Shown in pieces: positions 17,128 through 25,483 of a stretch of 30,861 bases of DNA. The DNA lies in IMG/VR virus record IMGVR_UViG_3300020043_001951, positions 1 through 30,861 of that record. One strand, 5' to 3'. Under the pieces are notes generated by a model. That model was not told the DNA's origin. It saw nothing but the letters and a program-made list of their open reading frames with translations, and searched no databases. The position numbers and the translations under genes are program-made. Source of the DNA: a virus (taxonomy: Duplodnaviria > Caudoviricetes). Positions within the stretch are counted from its first letter, which is position 1, and each line of letters begins with the position of its first letter.

Positions 17128-17459
17128 CAGCGCAATGCCCATGTGCGAAGAAAGCCTTCTGGCAATTCAACCTGTTTGCGGATCGCTTCCATCACGCGCT
17201 TTGCCATCGCACCATAAGCACGCATGCTTGAATCATCAACAGAAATCTCTGCTTGATACGAAGCATCCGAATACAGTTCTTTCACACCATCCATACACAT
17301 CTGCAAAGTGACCTGCTTGCTGTTGCGTGCCACCACTGTGCAACGCATCACACCATCAATGTGCATGCATTCGTTTGGTTGCAGATTGTCGCAGTCGCCA
17401 TACCACAACCTTTCTTCATGGTCATCCCAAAACGATGCGCTGATTTTGATTGTGTTCAT
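17127..17459 (-). CDS. Hypothetical protein (cassette C gene 2)
   Basis: AAGGA SD before MNTIKIS; TGATG-coupled to the AEP-like gene. Confidence 0.7.
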   Translation of the reverse strand: MNTIKISASFWDDHEERLWYGDCDNLQPNECMHIDGVMRCTVVARNSKQVTLQMCMDGVKELYSDASYQAEISVDDSSMRAYGAMAKRVMEAIRKQVELPEGFLRTWALR

Positions 17460-17492
17460 TGTTCCTTCTGTTCCTTTCACTTTGCTTCTTCT

Positions 17493-17849
17493 TCAGATGC
17501 TTCCGTGATAGTTCTGCTTTGTTGTATTTGCGCTTCCTGCAACAGTGTCTGCAAAGGCAACAATTCGTGCTTGGCGATTGCGTATCTGTGTGCGTGTTGT
17601 CACTGCAACTACTTGTGTGCCGAAGGTGAAGATTGCATCAGCCTTGTAGCCCATCTTCATTGCATCTTCTGCAGAATCAAACTTGAATGCATCCATTCGT
17701 GCGCGATGTAACTTTTCGCCATTGCCGATCTTGCAAGCGAAAATTGCTTGGCTTGAAAAGCAAGTTGGATTGTCATATGGAAACTCAACTTCGCGTGTGA
17801 TTCCTGCGATGGTGATTGTTGCTGTGTTCATTGTTCCTCCGTTGTTCAT
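17493..17849 (-). CDS. Hypothetical protein (cassette C gene 1); alternative start 17831
   Basis: ATG 6 nt after TAAGAT, in-frame GGAGG and ATG. Confidence 0.72.
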   Translation of the reverse strand: MNNGGTMNTATITIAGITREVEFPYDNPTCFSSQAIFACKIGNGEKLHRARMDAFKFDSAEDAMKMGYKADAIFTFGTQVVAVTTRTQIRNRQARIVAFADTVAGSANTTKQNYHGSI

Positions 17850-17855
17850 AAGAAC

Positions 17856-17914
17856 ATCTTATACCCACAGAACCAGCCAGCGCAACAATTCTCTAGCCCT
17901 TATCCCATAAGGCT
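17856..17914 (-). promoter_or_regulatory. sigmaA-like promoter TTGCGC-N18-TAAGAT with upstream CCTT-N7-AAGG box (17898-17912)
   Basis: -35 17880-17885, -10 17856-17861; ATAAGA-N3-TCTTAT palindrome 17848-17862. Confidence 0.7.
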
Positions 17915-17923
17915 TTGCGAAAC

Positions 17924-18460
17924 CTACTCATCCGACAGTTTCCGCAGAATCACATCAATCGCATCCAAATACTGTTCCGCGATCTTGCCAGCATCCCTGC
18001 GCACAGTAGGGAAAAAGAAATACCCCCTGCCACCCCTGCCCGTAGGTGACTGCACATAAGGATTGAACTGGTTCGTGGATCGCCTAGCGCGACCACCAAA
18101 CTCTGCACCAAAGAAAACATCACTGCGTGTCACCTTCGTTTTGCGTTTCTTGTTCGGCGCAGAACGCGACACGAAACCAGAAGAACCAGAAAGTTTGATT
18201 GTCGGAAAACGATCAGGGTACGCCTTCAAACCTTTCGCTGCCTCCACAAACATCGCAGATTTTCCTGTGCCTTCATGCTTCACAGATGCAGCAGTTTTTT
18301 GTGTATCAGCCACAAGAATCTTTGACACATCAATCGCAGCCTTGCGCAACTCTTTGTTGAACTGCGGATCGGCACGCGACACATCACGGATGAACTCAGC
18401 AACACCTTCAATGTAGATAGAAGCCTGTTTGCCTCTTCCGACTGCTCTAGCCTTTGCCAC
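17924..18460 (-). CDS. Tail/neck component, HK97 gp10-like
   Basis: IYIEGVAEF, FFGAEFGG, GYFFFPTVR; basic protein in tail module. Confidence 0.65.
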   Translation of the reverse strand: MAKARAVGRGKQASIYIEGVAEFIRDVSRADPQFNKELRKAAIDVSKILVADTQKTAASVKHEGTGKSAMFVEAAKGLKAYPDRFPTIKLSGSSGFVSRSAPNKKRKTKVTRSDVFFGAEFGGRARRSTNQFNPYVQSPTGRGGRGYFFFPTVRRDAGKIAEQYLDAIDVILRKLSDE

Positions 18461-18608
18461 GATACGCCTGTTCCATTTTCACTGCACGCCAACGCAAATA
18501 ACCCTGCATTGTGTAAAGCATTCTAGGCGACTCTTTCAGCAACACACTAGGTGCAATCCCTGTCTCGCAAGCGAGATAGGCAATCATCCAATGTGCGCTT
18601 GACTCTCC
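18447..18608 (-). CDS. Tail assembly chaperone T segment, reached by -1 frameshift
   Basis: -1 frame after CCCTTTG reads GESSAHWMIAYLACETGIAPSVLLKESPRMLYTMQGYLRWRAVKMEQAYRGKG*. Confidence 0.75.
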   Translation of the reverse strand, partial: GESSAHWMIAYLACETGIAPSVLLKESPRMLYTMQGYLRWRAVKMEQAYRGKG

Positions 18609-18868
18609 AAAGGGACAATCACATTCCCATCAGCAACAGGTTCAATCAAAGCAACATCATTCAACCATTGATCAAACGGAAGCACAGTCACTTTGTTTCT
18701 GAACTCTGTATGCCACGCCAACCAGCAAAGATCACGCAGTTTCATGTCGGCTTCAAAGGTTGCAAGGGAACGATTGTTTTCCGTTTCCCATGCAATGAAG
18801 TCTGCGAACTGTGCAACAACTTCGCGTGTGTTCTGATTCGTGTCAGTTACTTTCAATGCAACTTTCAT
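18584..18868 (-). CDS. Tail assembly chaperone (G)
   Basis: Follows major tail; ADFIAWE, DLCWLAW, FDQWL; slippery CCCTTTG near end. Confidence 0.82.
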   Translation of the reverse strand: MKVALKVTDTNQNTREVVAQFADFIAWETENNRSLATFEADMKLRDLCWLAWHTEFRNKVTVLPFDQWLNDVALIEPVADGNVIVPLESQAHIG

Positions 18869-18891
18869 GCGCAGGTTTCCTTTGTGTTAGA

Positions 18892-19302
18892 TCAGGCAAC
18901 AGCCTTGGTGATTGCACCATCAATCAACCATGAAACATCTGCAGTGGCAAGTTCGCCAACAGCACCGTTCACAGGTGACCACTCCGTGACAAGCACATTG
19001 AATGTGTAGGAAGGCGATGCAGTGGATGCTGGTGTTGCAGCAGTACCCGATGGGCGCACGATCATTTGTGCAGTTGAACCAATCAACGGATACACAAGTG
19101 TTTCTACTGCGCTGTAGTCCTGATGAATTGAAAGCGTGACACTGTTGTCTTTGAGTCCACCAACACGGCGCACAGAAGTGTCACCGAATGCTGTGGTGGT
19201 TACTTCAGCAACCGAAGTGCTTAGTGAAACCTGTGCAACATATGAAGAAATGTTTGTGCCACCAAGCGACACATATACATCAGTTAGAACTTGCTTCGCC
19301 AT
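18892..19302 (-). CDS. Major tail tube protein
   Basis: TTTAFGD...VGGLKDNSVTL, SPSYTF, NGAVGELATADVSW. Confidence 0.85.
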   Translation of the reverse strand: MAKQVLTDVYVSLGGTNISSYVAQVSLSTSVAEVTTTAFGDTSVRRVGGLKDNSVTLSIHQDYSAVETLVYPLIGSTAQMIVRPSGTAATPASTASPSYTFNVLVTEWSPVNGAVGELATADVSWLIDGAITKAVA

Positions 19303-19465
19303 TTTCGGACTCTACTTCCTTGACTCTGGATTTTGGATCGGGAACTGGTGCAATGGCGCAGATTTGCAAAAGTAATTCTACATCAGGAATGGCACTGCCT
19401 TCCACTGTGCCACCTGTGGGAACATCGCAAATCGGCAAACTGCCAGTGACTACATATTTGGTCAT
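19280..19465 (-). CDS. Small virion-module hypothetical protein
   Basis: MTKYVVTG... between tail terminator and major tail genes. Confidence 0.55.
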   Translation of the reverse strand: MTKYVVTGSLPICDVPTGGTVEGSAIPDVELLLQICAIAPVPDPKSRVKEVESENGEASSN

Positions 19466-19466
19466 G

Positions 19467-19877
19467 TCAGGAATCATACACTGTGACTGAAAAATCAATC
19501 ACCAAATAGTCGGCATCATTCAGGCTGATAGAAGTGATGTTGGTTGCGTTGTTCACCAGCGTATCGGCAACCACACCACCAAGAGAACCATCCAATTCCA
19601 GCACCTGACGCACAGAAGAAGCACCCGAATACGAAGCGTAATCATTCAACTTGGATTCGCTGGATCGTTCAGACACGCGACCCACAATGATTGAAACCGT
19701 GAAAGTGTAGGTCACCAAACCTGCACCCATAGCACCATGATATTGGATTTCGTTCAGTGTCGGAATCGCACACGGAAACGCAGGTGAATCAGGCTGGTAT
19801 GCGTAAGCACGCAACCCTGTGATCGTGCCAAGTTTCGTGGCAAGCGCAGTTTTCACTTCACTGATAGTTGCACTCAT
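19467..19877 (-). CDS. Tail terminator/minor tail protein
   Basis: Position and TITGLRAY..PDSPAFPCA pattern. Confidence 0.7.
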   Translation of the reverse strand: MSATISEVKTALATKLGTITGLRAYAYQPDSPAFPCAIPTLNEIQYHGAMGAGLVTYTFTVSIIVGRVSERSSESKLNDYASYSGASSVRQVLELDGSLGGVVADTLVNNATNITSISLNDADYLVIDFSVTVYDS

Positions 19878-20479
19878 GCAAGGAAATCCATTCTGCGGAA
19901 AGGATCAACCAACTGTGCAACATCAGGATCAAGAGAACGCGACACACGCACAGCACCGAAATCACCGAACCCTGCAACACCAAGTGGCGAATCGTAACGC
20001 TTGAACAGGCGTGCAGCCTGAAGAATGTTTGCTTGTGTCACCTGTGGTGGGACAGCAGACCAACCCCAAACAGCAGTGACCTGCACCCATGCTTGATCAT
20101 CCAATGTTGGAAACAGATAATCACCAACAGCACGAATGCGTGTGTACACCCATGACTGCCCATCGCTGACACCATTCAAAGGTTCAATCTGATAATCAGT
20201 AACATCCCATGTGGTGTCATAAACCTTCACATCTGTTGAAGCAGTTTTGACAGTGATCGCAGTTCCAAGCATGTCATCTGTTTGACACACCAGCGCAGAT
20301 TCCGCAGCGAAGATTCTGGTGGCTGTTCCACCATTGTAGAAATACCTGTTAGCGTAACCATCAATCAGGCGTGCGGAAGCATTGATGCAGTTCTCAAGCA
20401 GTGTGTCATCAACAGCATCAGTGATCCGCAACGCTGCTTTCAGTTCATTCAAAGTGCAATAAGCGTTAGTCAAAGCCAT
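19874..20479 (-). CDS. Head-tail connector (gp6-like adaptor)
   Basis: YCTLNELKAAL, ASARLIDGYANR, WGWSAVP, DPDVAQLVDPFR. Confidence 0.85.
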   Translation of the reverse strand: MALTNAYCTLNELKAALRITDAVDDTLLENCINASARLIDGYANRYFYNGGTATRIFAAESALVCQTDDMLGTAITVKTASTDVKVYDTTWDVTDYQIEPLNGVSDGQSWVYTRIRAVGDYLFPTLDDQAWVQVTAVWGWSAVPPQVTQANILQAARLFKRYDSPLGVAGFGDFGAVRVSRSLDPDVAQLVDPFRRMDFLA

Positions 20480-20488
20480 GCGCCAATC

Positions 20489-21421
20489 CTACCCTAACCA
20501 GTTGATCAGTCTGCTGAAACCATCCCGATATCCAACCGTGTCCATGTTGCCATACAGCGAATCAAACAGTTCGTTGTTGCAATCACGATTCACCACACCC
20601 GAAGGCTTATCGGTTGAGAACACATATTCAGGATCAATGCCAACAATGTCTGCACACAAACGCAGAACATCAATGCAGGAAATGTTGCCAGCGAAACCAA
20701 TGTTCACAGGCTTGCGGTTCTCCCCATTGACCACAGCAAGAATCTTGCGCACAGCATCATCAATGTACAGATAGGAACGCAACTGTTCACCAGTACCCCA
20801 ACAATCAACAACACCAGTGTCGCGCGCTTGCAGAACCTTCTTCACAGCAGCAACAGGAAACTTCACCCTCTCACCTTCGGACTCTTGCCCAATGCCATAG
20901 ATCGTGTGCAACAAACCAACACGCACATCCACAGCAGAGCGTTCAGCCAACATCACCATGTTCAACTTTTCGCGACCATACATCTGATCAGGTGTGCCAC
21001 TATCCAACATCCATTCCGCAAGCGGTTTGCTGGTACGCAACGATTGTTGAAACACAATCGGATATGCGCACGCTGAAGCAGCCAAGAAAGTGCGTGGTGT
21101 TTCATACCTATGCACAGCATCCAACACATTGAATGTCATGCGCGCATTGTTGATGAAAGGTTTGTAATCGTGTGCAGTGAAATATCCGACACCACCCATA
21201 TCTGCAGCGAAATGCAAGACACGATCAGCAGAAGTGAAATCGGGAATCTCATGACGCAAATCAAGAAACTTGTGTTCTGCTGCAGATTGCCATGCGTTCA
21301 AACGGAACGGATGCGTGGGTGCTTTCGTGCCATACACAACAACCTTTTCGCCTTGATTGATTAGATGCCATGCGACATGCGAACCGATGAATCCACCTGC
21401 GCCAGTTATATGCCATTCCAC
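20489..21421 (-). CDS. NAD-dependent nucleotide-sugar epimerase, GDP-mannose 3,5-epimerase-like
   Basis: TGAGGFIG, HFAADMGGVGY, SACAYP, YGREK (YxxxK), WGTGEQLRSYLYIDD. Confidence 0.85.
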   Translation of the reverse strand: MEWHITGAGGFIGSHVAWHLINQGEKVVVYGTKAPTHPFRLNAWQSAAEHKFLDLRHEIPDFTSADRVLHFAADMGGVGYFTAHDYKPFINNARMTFNVLDAVHRYETPRTFLAASACAYPIVFQQSLRTSKPLAEWMLDSGTPDQMYGREKLNMVMLAERSAVDVRVGLLHTIYGIGQESEGERVKFPVAAVKKVLQARDTGVVDCWGTGEQLRSYLYIDDAVRKILAVVNGENRKPVNIGFAGNISCIDVLRLCADIVGIDPEYVFSTDKPSGVVNRDCNNELFDSLYGNMDTVGYRDGFSRLINWLG

Positions 21422-22068
21422 AACTTCTGCCTTTCACTAAATAGTTGCCGATCCAATCCTTCACTCATTCTGCCTTTGTCATAAGTTGAATCCATCACAT
21501 TGTTTCCCCACACCCAATGCAAATGTTCCACCACAGAATCCAAACAAGGAACAAACACGCCACGCGCAGAAGCAGTCGCGATGAACTCTGTGTCACACCA
21601 GTTGTGGCGATACCCTTCAAACAGGCACACATCAGGAACATCAACACAACCATTCCGCGCATACGATCCACGCACCAAAGAATGTGTTGAATGAGTGCCG
21701 TTCAAAACATCAGGATTGTGCAAATCGTTAGTGCCAACCACATCAAACCCATCTGCGACAGCCAGCGCATGATCAAACCAACCTGCACGAAAATCCAAAT
21801 CATCAGAACCTAGAAAGAACCAATCCCAATCCATCCACGCAACAGCAGTATTGATTGCGCCAGCATACGAACGCGCACGCACATTGATCACAAGTTGCGC
21901 ACCTTCAATCTGATCAACCGTTTCAATACTTTCTTCATCCTCTGCTTCACAAATAAACACAGGCACACAACGCGAATCAGACTGCATCACATTGTTCGCC
22001 ACAGCACGAAGCCTGAACGCCCTGCGCAAAGTAGGAATCAGAACTGCTACCTGCACACGAACCCCCAA
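21406..22068 (-). CDS. GT-A fold (GT2-like) glycosyltransferase; start uncertain
   Basis: VAVLIPT, AGAIN, GSDDL, HNWCDTEF, VEHLH. Confidence 0.8.
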   Translation of the reverse strand: MGVRVQVAVLIPTLRRAFRLRAVANNVMQSDSRCVPVFICEAEDEESIETVDQIEGAQLVINVRARSYAGAINTAVAWMDWDWFFLGSDDLDFRAGWFDHALAVADGFDVVGTNDLHNPDVLNGTHSTHSLVRGSYARNGCVDVPDVCLFEGYRHNWCDTEFIATASARGVFVPCLDSVVEHLHWVWGNNVMDSTYDKGRMSEGLDRQLFSERQKLWNGI

Positions 22069-22826
22069 AACTTTTCTGACGCAGAATCAATCTCATCAGA
22101 CAACCACTGCGGATCATTCCAACGCTCATAGGAAGTGATACCCACATTGTCATTCGTGCGCACAGTGCAACCAGAAAGAACTGCTTCCATCACACTGCGA
22201 CACTCAGACTCAAACGCCAAAGGAAAATGCAGAAACCATGACGCTGAAGCCATCAACGCAAGCACTTCATCACGCGCCAAATCAGACACAGCAAGAAAAG
22301 GCAAATCATGTTCCGCAGCCCACAACGCAGCCTGATTCTTACCTTTCAACGGATGGTTGCGTGCAGCCCACAAAGCAAACGGTTCTTTGTGATCAATCCA
22401 ACAATCATCAACATTCAAAGCAGACAACACCAACCCTGTGTTCTCAAGATTGCACCACTGCTGTTCCACAGCCAAATGTGCAGGAGTGTGACACACAAAC
22501 GGATCAGCCTGTTGCAACAACACCATTCTTCCGTTCGTGCGTGTCTGCTGATGATGCACAAACACCATCGGCTTGAACAGTGCCAGATATTGCATTTGCA
22601 GTTCAGTCAAATAATCAGTGCCAGTGATCAACACCCTGTCAAACTCTCGCACATCCACACCAATCAACTGTTCAGGATGAACACGCCACACATCAACCCA
22701 ATCAGGTGCGCCAGCGAAATAATCTGCATCAGACATTTCTGCACCACCACGATACTCACCCTGCAACCATTCAGAACCTTCCTGCGCAACAGAAGGAAGA
22801 TGATGCGACACCCACAACAGTTTCAT
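22047..22826 (-). CDS. GT-B fold glycosyltransferase-like protein
   Basis: GGAEMSD, HPLKG, ESECRSVMEAVLSGC (E-x7-E). Confidence 0.75.
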   Translation of the reverse strand: MKLLWVSHHLPSVAQEGSEWLQGEYRGGAEMSDADYFAGAPDWVDVWRVHPEQLIGVDVREFDRVLITGTDYLTELQMQYLALFKPMVFVHHQQTRTNGRMVLLQQADPFVCHTPAHLAVEQQWCNLENTGLVLSALNVDDCWIDHKEPFALWAARNHPLKGKNQAALWAAEHDLPFLAVSDLARDEVLALMASASWFLHFPLAFESECRSVMEAVLSGCTVRTNDNVGITSYERWNDPQWLSDEIDSASEKFWGFVCR

Positions 22827-24085
22827 GCCAACGCCTTCAAGAACGGTTTCCAATACTGATCAAACACTTTGCTGAACCTGTAACCATCAGCGAACTTCAT
22901 TCCTTCTGCAGATCGTGCGCGTGGCTTCTCATACTGCGCATTCAACGCTTCAACAATCTGTTTCACAAACGGAGTGCAAAACCATGAATCCTGTGCAGCA
23001 TCCCACCAAGGTTGCGCATCAACAACAAACCCATCGCCAACCAGTTCAGGTTGCGCAGTCCAGTTGGACACAATCACAGGAGTTCCACACGCTTGCGCTT
23101 CCACCACAGGCACACCAAAACCTTCACCCATACTGCACGCCAACAAAACATCTGACGCGGTATAAAGAGAAGCAAGCGCATCCTGTGCAATGTTCATCTT
23201 GTATGCGTACTGATCCACGAACCGAACCTGATCAGGTTGCAAACCCACAGCCTTACACAACGCAAGCAGATTGATTCCACCTTGTGTGCCACGATCCTCT
23301 GTGTGCAAATACAACACAGCATCAGGTTTGTCTGCAGCGAAAATAGAGAACGCAAGAATGTTTTCACCAAACGCTTTCCGACAAGGTGCAGCACCTTTGT
23401 TTGCGCTGTTCATCATCACAACAAACTTGTCATCTTCAACTTGCATCAGTTCGCGACCTGTGCCGAACACAGATTTGGTTGTTGGTTTGAAAGTGTCACT
23501 AATGCCATGCGGAATGTACACAGCATCCAACCCTGCAGCGTGCATCTGTTCCAACCCGAACTTGGACATTGCGATTGGTGTCACATTCGGTTGTGCAAGA
23601 AAGTTCAAAACGCGCGGTGGAACAGGAACATGATCAATGGGTGTCCATGCGCAAATGCGTGGAATATCTTTCACAAAATTGATGTTGAATACCCATGCAT
23701 CAAACAATGTGAAAAGTACAGGTTGCAGTTTGCTTCCTGTTGTCCATTCCGCATAATGCGCTGCAAGCACATCATCCGAATATGGTGCAGAACCTGTCGG
23801 AAACAATTTGATTCCGTTCCACATTGAAGGCGCACCAGCGATCCCATAGTTGCAAGCAACTGCTACTTCGTGTCCTTCTTCTTTGAAGCGCGTGATCGTG
23901 TCGGCGGTTTGGACTCCGTAACCTGTTGCGGTGAAAGGTGCGTTGGAATACCAGAGGATTCGTAACTGCTCTTTCGTTTTGATGGTCGCGTTTCTGGTAA
24001 GTGCGCCAATCCTGCTTGAAGCAGAAAATGTGCTTCCGTTTCTGGCAAATCCATCGGTGTGTTTTTGATTATCACCAGCATTCAC
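22823..24085 (-). CDS. GT4-family glycosyltransferase
   Basis: LRILWYSNAPFTATGYG, IPHGI, RKAF, GEGFGVPVVEAQACGTPVI. Confidence 0.9.
   Translation of the reverse strand: MNAGDNQKHTDGFARNGSTFSASSRIGALTRNATIKTKEQLRILWYSNAPFTATGYGVQTADTITRFKEEGHEVAVACNYGIAGAPSMWNGIKLFPTGSAPYSDDVLAAHYAEWTTGSKLQPVLFTLFDAWVFNINFVKDIPRICAWTPIDHVPVPPRVLNFLAQPNVTPIAMSKFGLEQMHAAGLDAVYIPHGISDTFKPTTKSVFGTGRELMQVEDDKFVVMMNSANKGAAPCRKAFGENILAFSIFAADKPDAVLYLHTEDRGTQGGINLLALCKAVGLQPDQVRFVDQYAYKMNIAQDALASLYTASDVLLACSMGEGFGVPVVEAQACGTPVIVSNWTAQPELVGDGFVVDAQPWWDAAQDSWFCTPFVKQIVEALNAQYEKPRARSAEGMKFADGYRFSKVFDQYWKPFLKALA
23863..24081 (-). CDS. Small protein nested out-of-frame in the 5' end of the GT4 gene
   Basis: AGGAGG (24090-24095) 8 nt before ATG; MLVIIKNTPMDLPETEAHFLLQAGLAHLPE. 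Confidence 0.5.
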   Translation of the reverse strand: MLVIIKNTPMDLPETEAHFLLQAGLAHLPETRPSKRKSSYESSGIPTHLSPQQVTESKPPTRSRASKKKDTK

Positions 24086-24101
24086 GATTCCTCCTAGACA
24101 T

Positions 24102-24138
24102 AGAAAATGGGTGACAGCCCTGCGCGCGCTGCCACCCA
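24102..24138 (-). terminator. Terminator/attenuator hairpin after major capsid gene
   Basis: Minus strand UGGGUGGCAGC/GCUGUCACCCA stem (G-U on this strand) followed by UUUUCU. Confidence 0.7.
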
Positions 24139-24174
24139 AATCCTAGTTCTTCAGTTGTACTGTCCCTGATTAGA

Positions 24175-25356
24175 TCAGGAAGCACCACCAAGGAACACAT
24201 TCACTGCACCCTGTTGAGCCAAGCCACCATCGGCACGCACGCGTGCGCGGAAGGTGATGAGGTCATTGGCGAATGCATAGTCATCTGAACGATCAAATGA
24301 AATGCCACCAGCAAGGCGGATGTGATATTGACGGTAGTTGCCGAACAGAACCGACTTGTTAGCGGTTCCAACAGCAGCCATGTCAGGGTTCTCCCAAATT
24401 GGGTAACCAAGCAACTGATCAGGCTGACCTGCTTGCAGCGAAGGCTGGAACAGGTACTGACCGTAGGTGTCCTTCAACTTGCGTGTTGCAGCAATCGTTG
24501 TGCCTTTCATCTGCCAGCCAGTGTTAGGCATGCGGCGATATGCACTGTTCACGCTGTACGCAAGATCAATGAGGTTGTCTGCGGTGAATGCACCAGTGAC
24601 AGCAGTTGAACCAGTGACACCAGTTCCTGCTGCAGTGATGATTCCTGTTGGTGCGTTGCTTCCAGAACCAAGCGTGGTTGCCGAACCAAGCGCAACACCG
24701 ATCGCGATACCAGCCTGTTCGGCTAGGAAACCAAGCAGATCAACACCAGAATCTTCAACCATTTCGCGTGAAACTTGGACAAGGAATCCATGCTTGTATG
24801 CGCCAAGCGTCAAGAACGATTGAAAGGTTGGATCGCTTTCAGCGAATGCTGAACCTTGTGCAACCTGTGCAGCCGTGCTGTATGCGCTGGTGCGTGGGAT
24901 TTGCAGGTTCTCGCCACCAGCAGTGCGGATGATGTTTGCAACTTCAAGCATTGGAGAAGCAACAACCATGTGCTTCATGATCTCTGCATAGAACGAAGTT
25001 GGAACTGGTGCGCCAGTGCTGGCGGTGGTCACATCGCGACGCTCAAAATTGGCGGTGCGAATCTCGCCACGCGCAAGCGAACGGATCAGTTCTGCATCGT
25101 GATTCACGGTTGCAGTGTTGCGAACCTGTGTTTCAATTCCGTGTGCTGCTGCAGCAAACTTGTTTTCGCGCTCTTCATCAGCCTTCAACTTTGCGATGAC
25201 TGCTGCACGCTCTTCAAGTTCCTTCGTGATGCGATCATACTTTTCTGACTCTTCGCCAGAAAGATCGCGACCTTCAGCCTCTGCGTGGTCAAGAAGTGCT
25301 TTCGCCTCTTCCCATGCGCGCTGACGGATTTCAACTTGCTTGTCAATGTACGACAT
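24175..25356 (-). CDS. Major capsid protein, HK97 fold with N-terminal scaffold (delta) domain
   Basis: Coiled-coil N-terminus; VSREMVEDS, LKDTYGQYLFQPS, LLGYPI, FGNY, FRARVRADG. Confidence 0.95.
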   Translation of the reverse strand: MSYIDKQVEIRQRAWEEAKALLDHAEAEGRDLSGEESEKYDRITKELEERAAVIAKLKADEERENKFAAAAHGIETQVRNTATVNHDAELIRSLARGEIRTANFERRDVTTASTGAPVPTSFYAEIMKHMVVASPMLEVANIIRTAGGENLQIPRTSAYSTAAQVAQGSAFAESDPTFQSFLTLGAYKHGFLVQVSREMVEDSGVDLLGFLAEQAGIAIGVALGSATTLGSGSNAPTGIITAAGTGVTGSTAVTGAFTADNLIDLAYSVNSAYRRMPNTGWQMKGTTIAATRKLKDTYGQYLFQPSLQAGQPDQLLGYPIWENPDMAAVGTANKSVLFGNYRQYHIRLAGGISFDRSDDYAFANDLITFRARVRADGGLAQQGAVNVFLGGAS

Positions 25357-25483
25357 TTTTTGATTTCCTTATCAATAGAAAAATGGATAGATGTGTTTGA
25401 TAGGCGTGGGACACGCACAAGATCAGCGTGCTGTGGGACACAGACACATCATCTATTGAACATCAAAAAAAAGTTTTGTGCAA

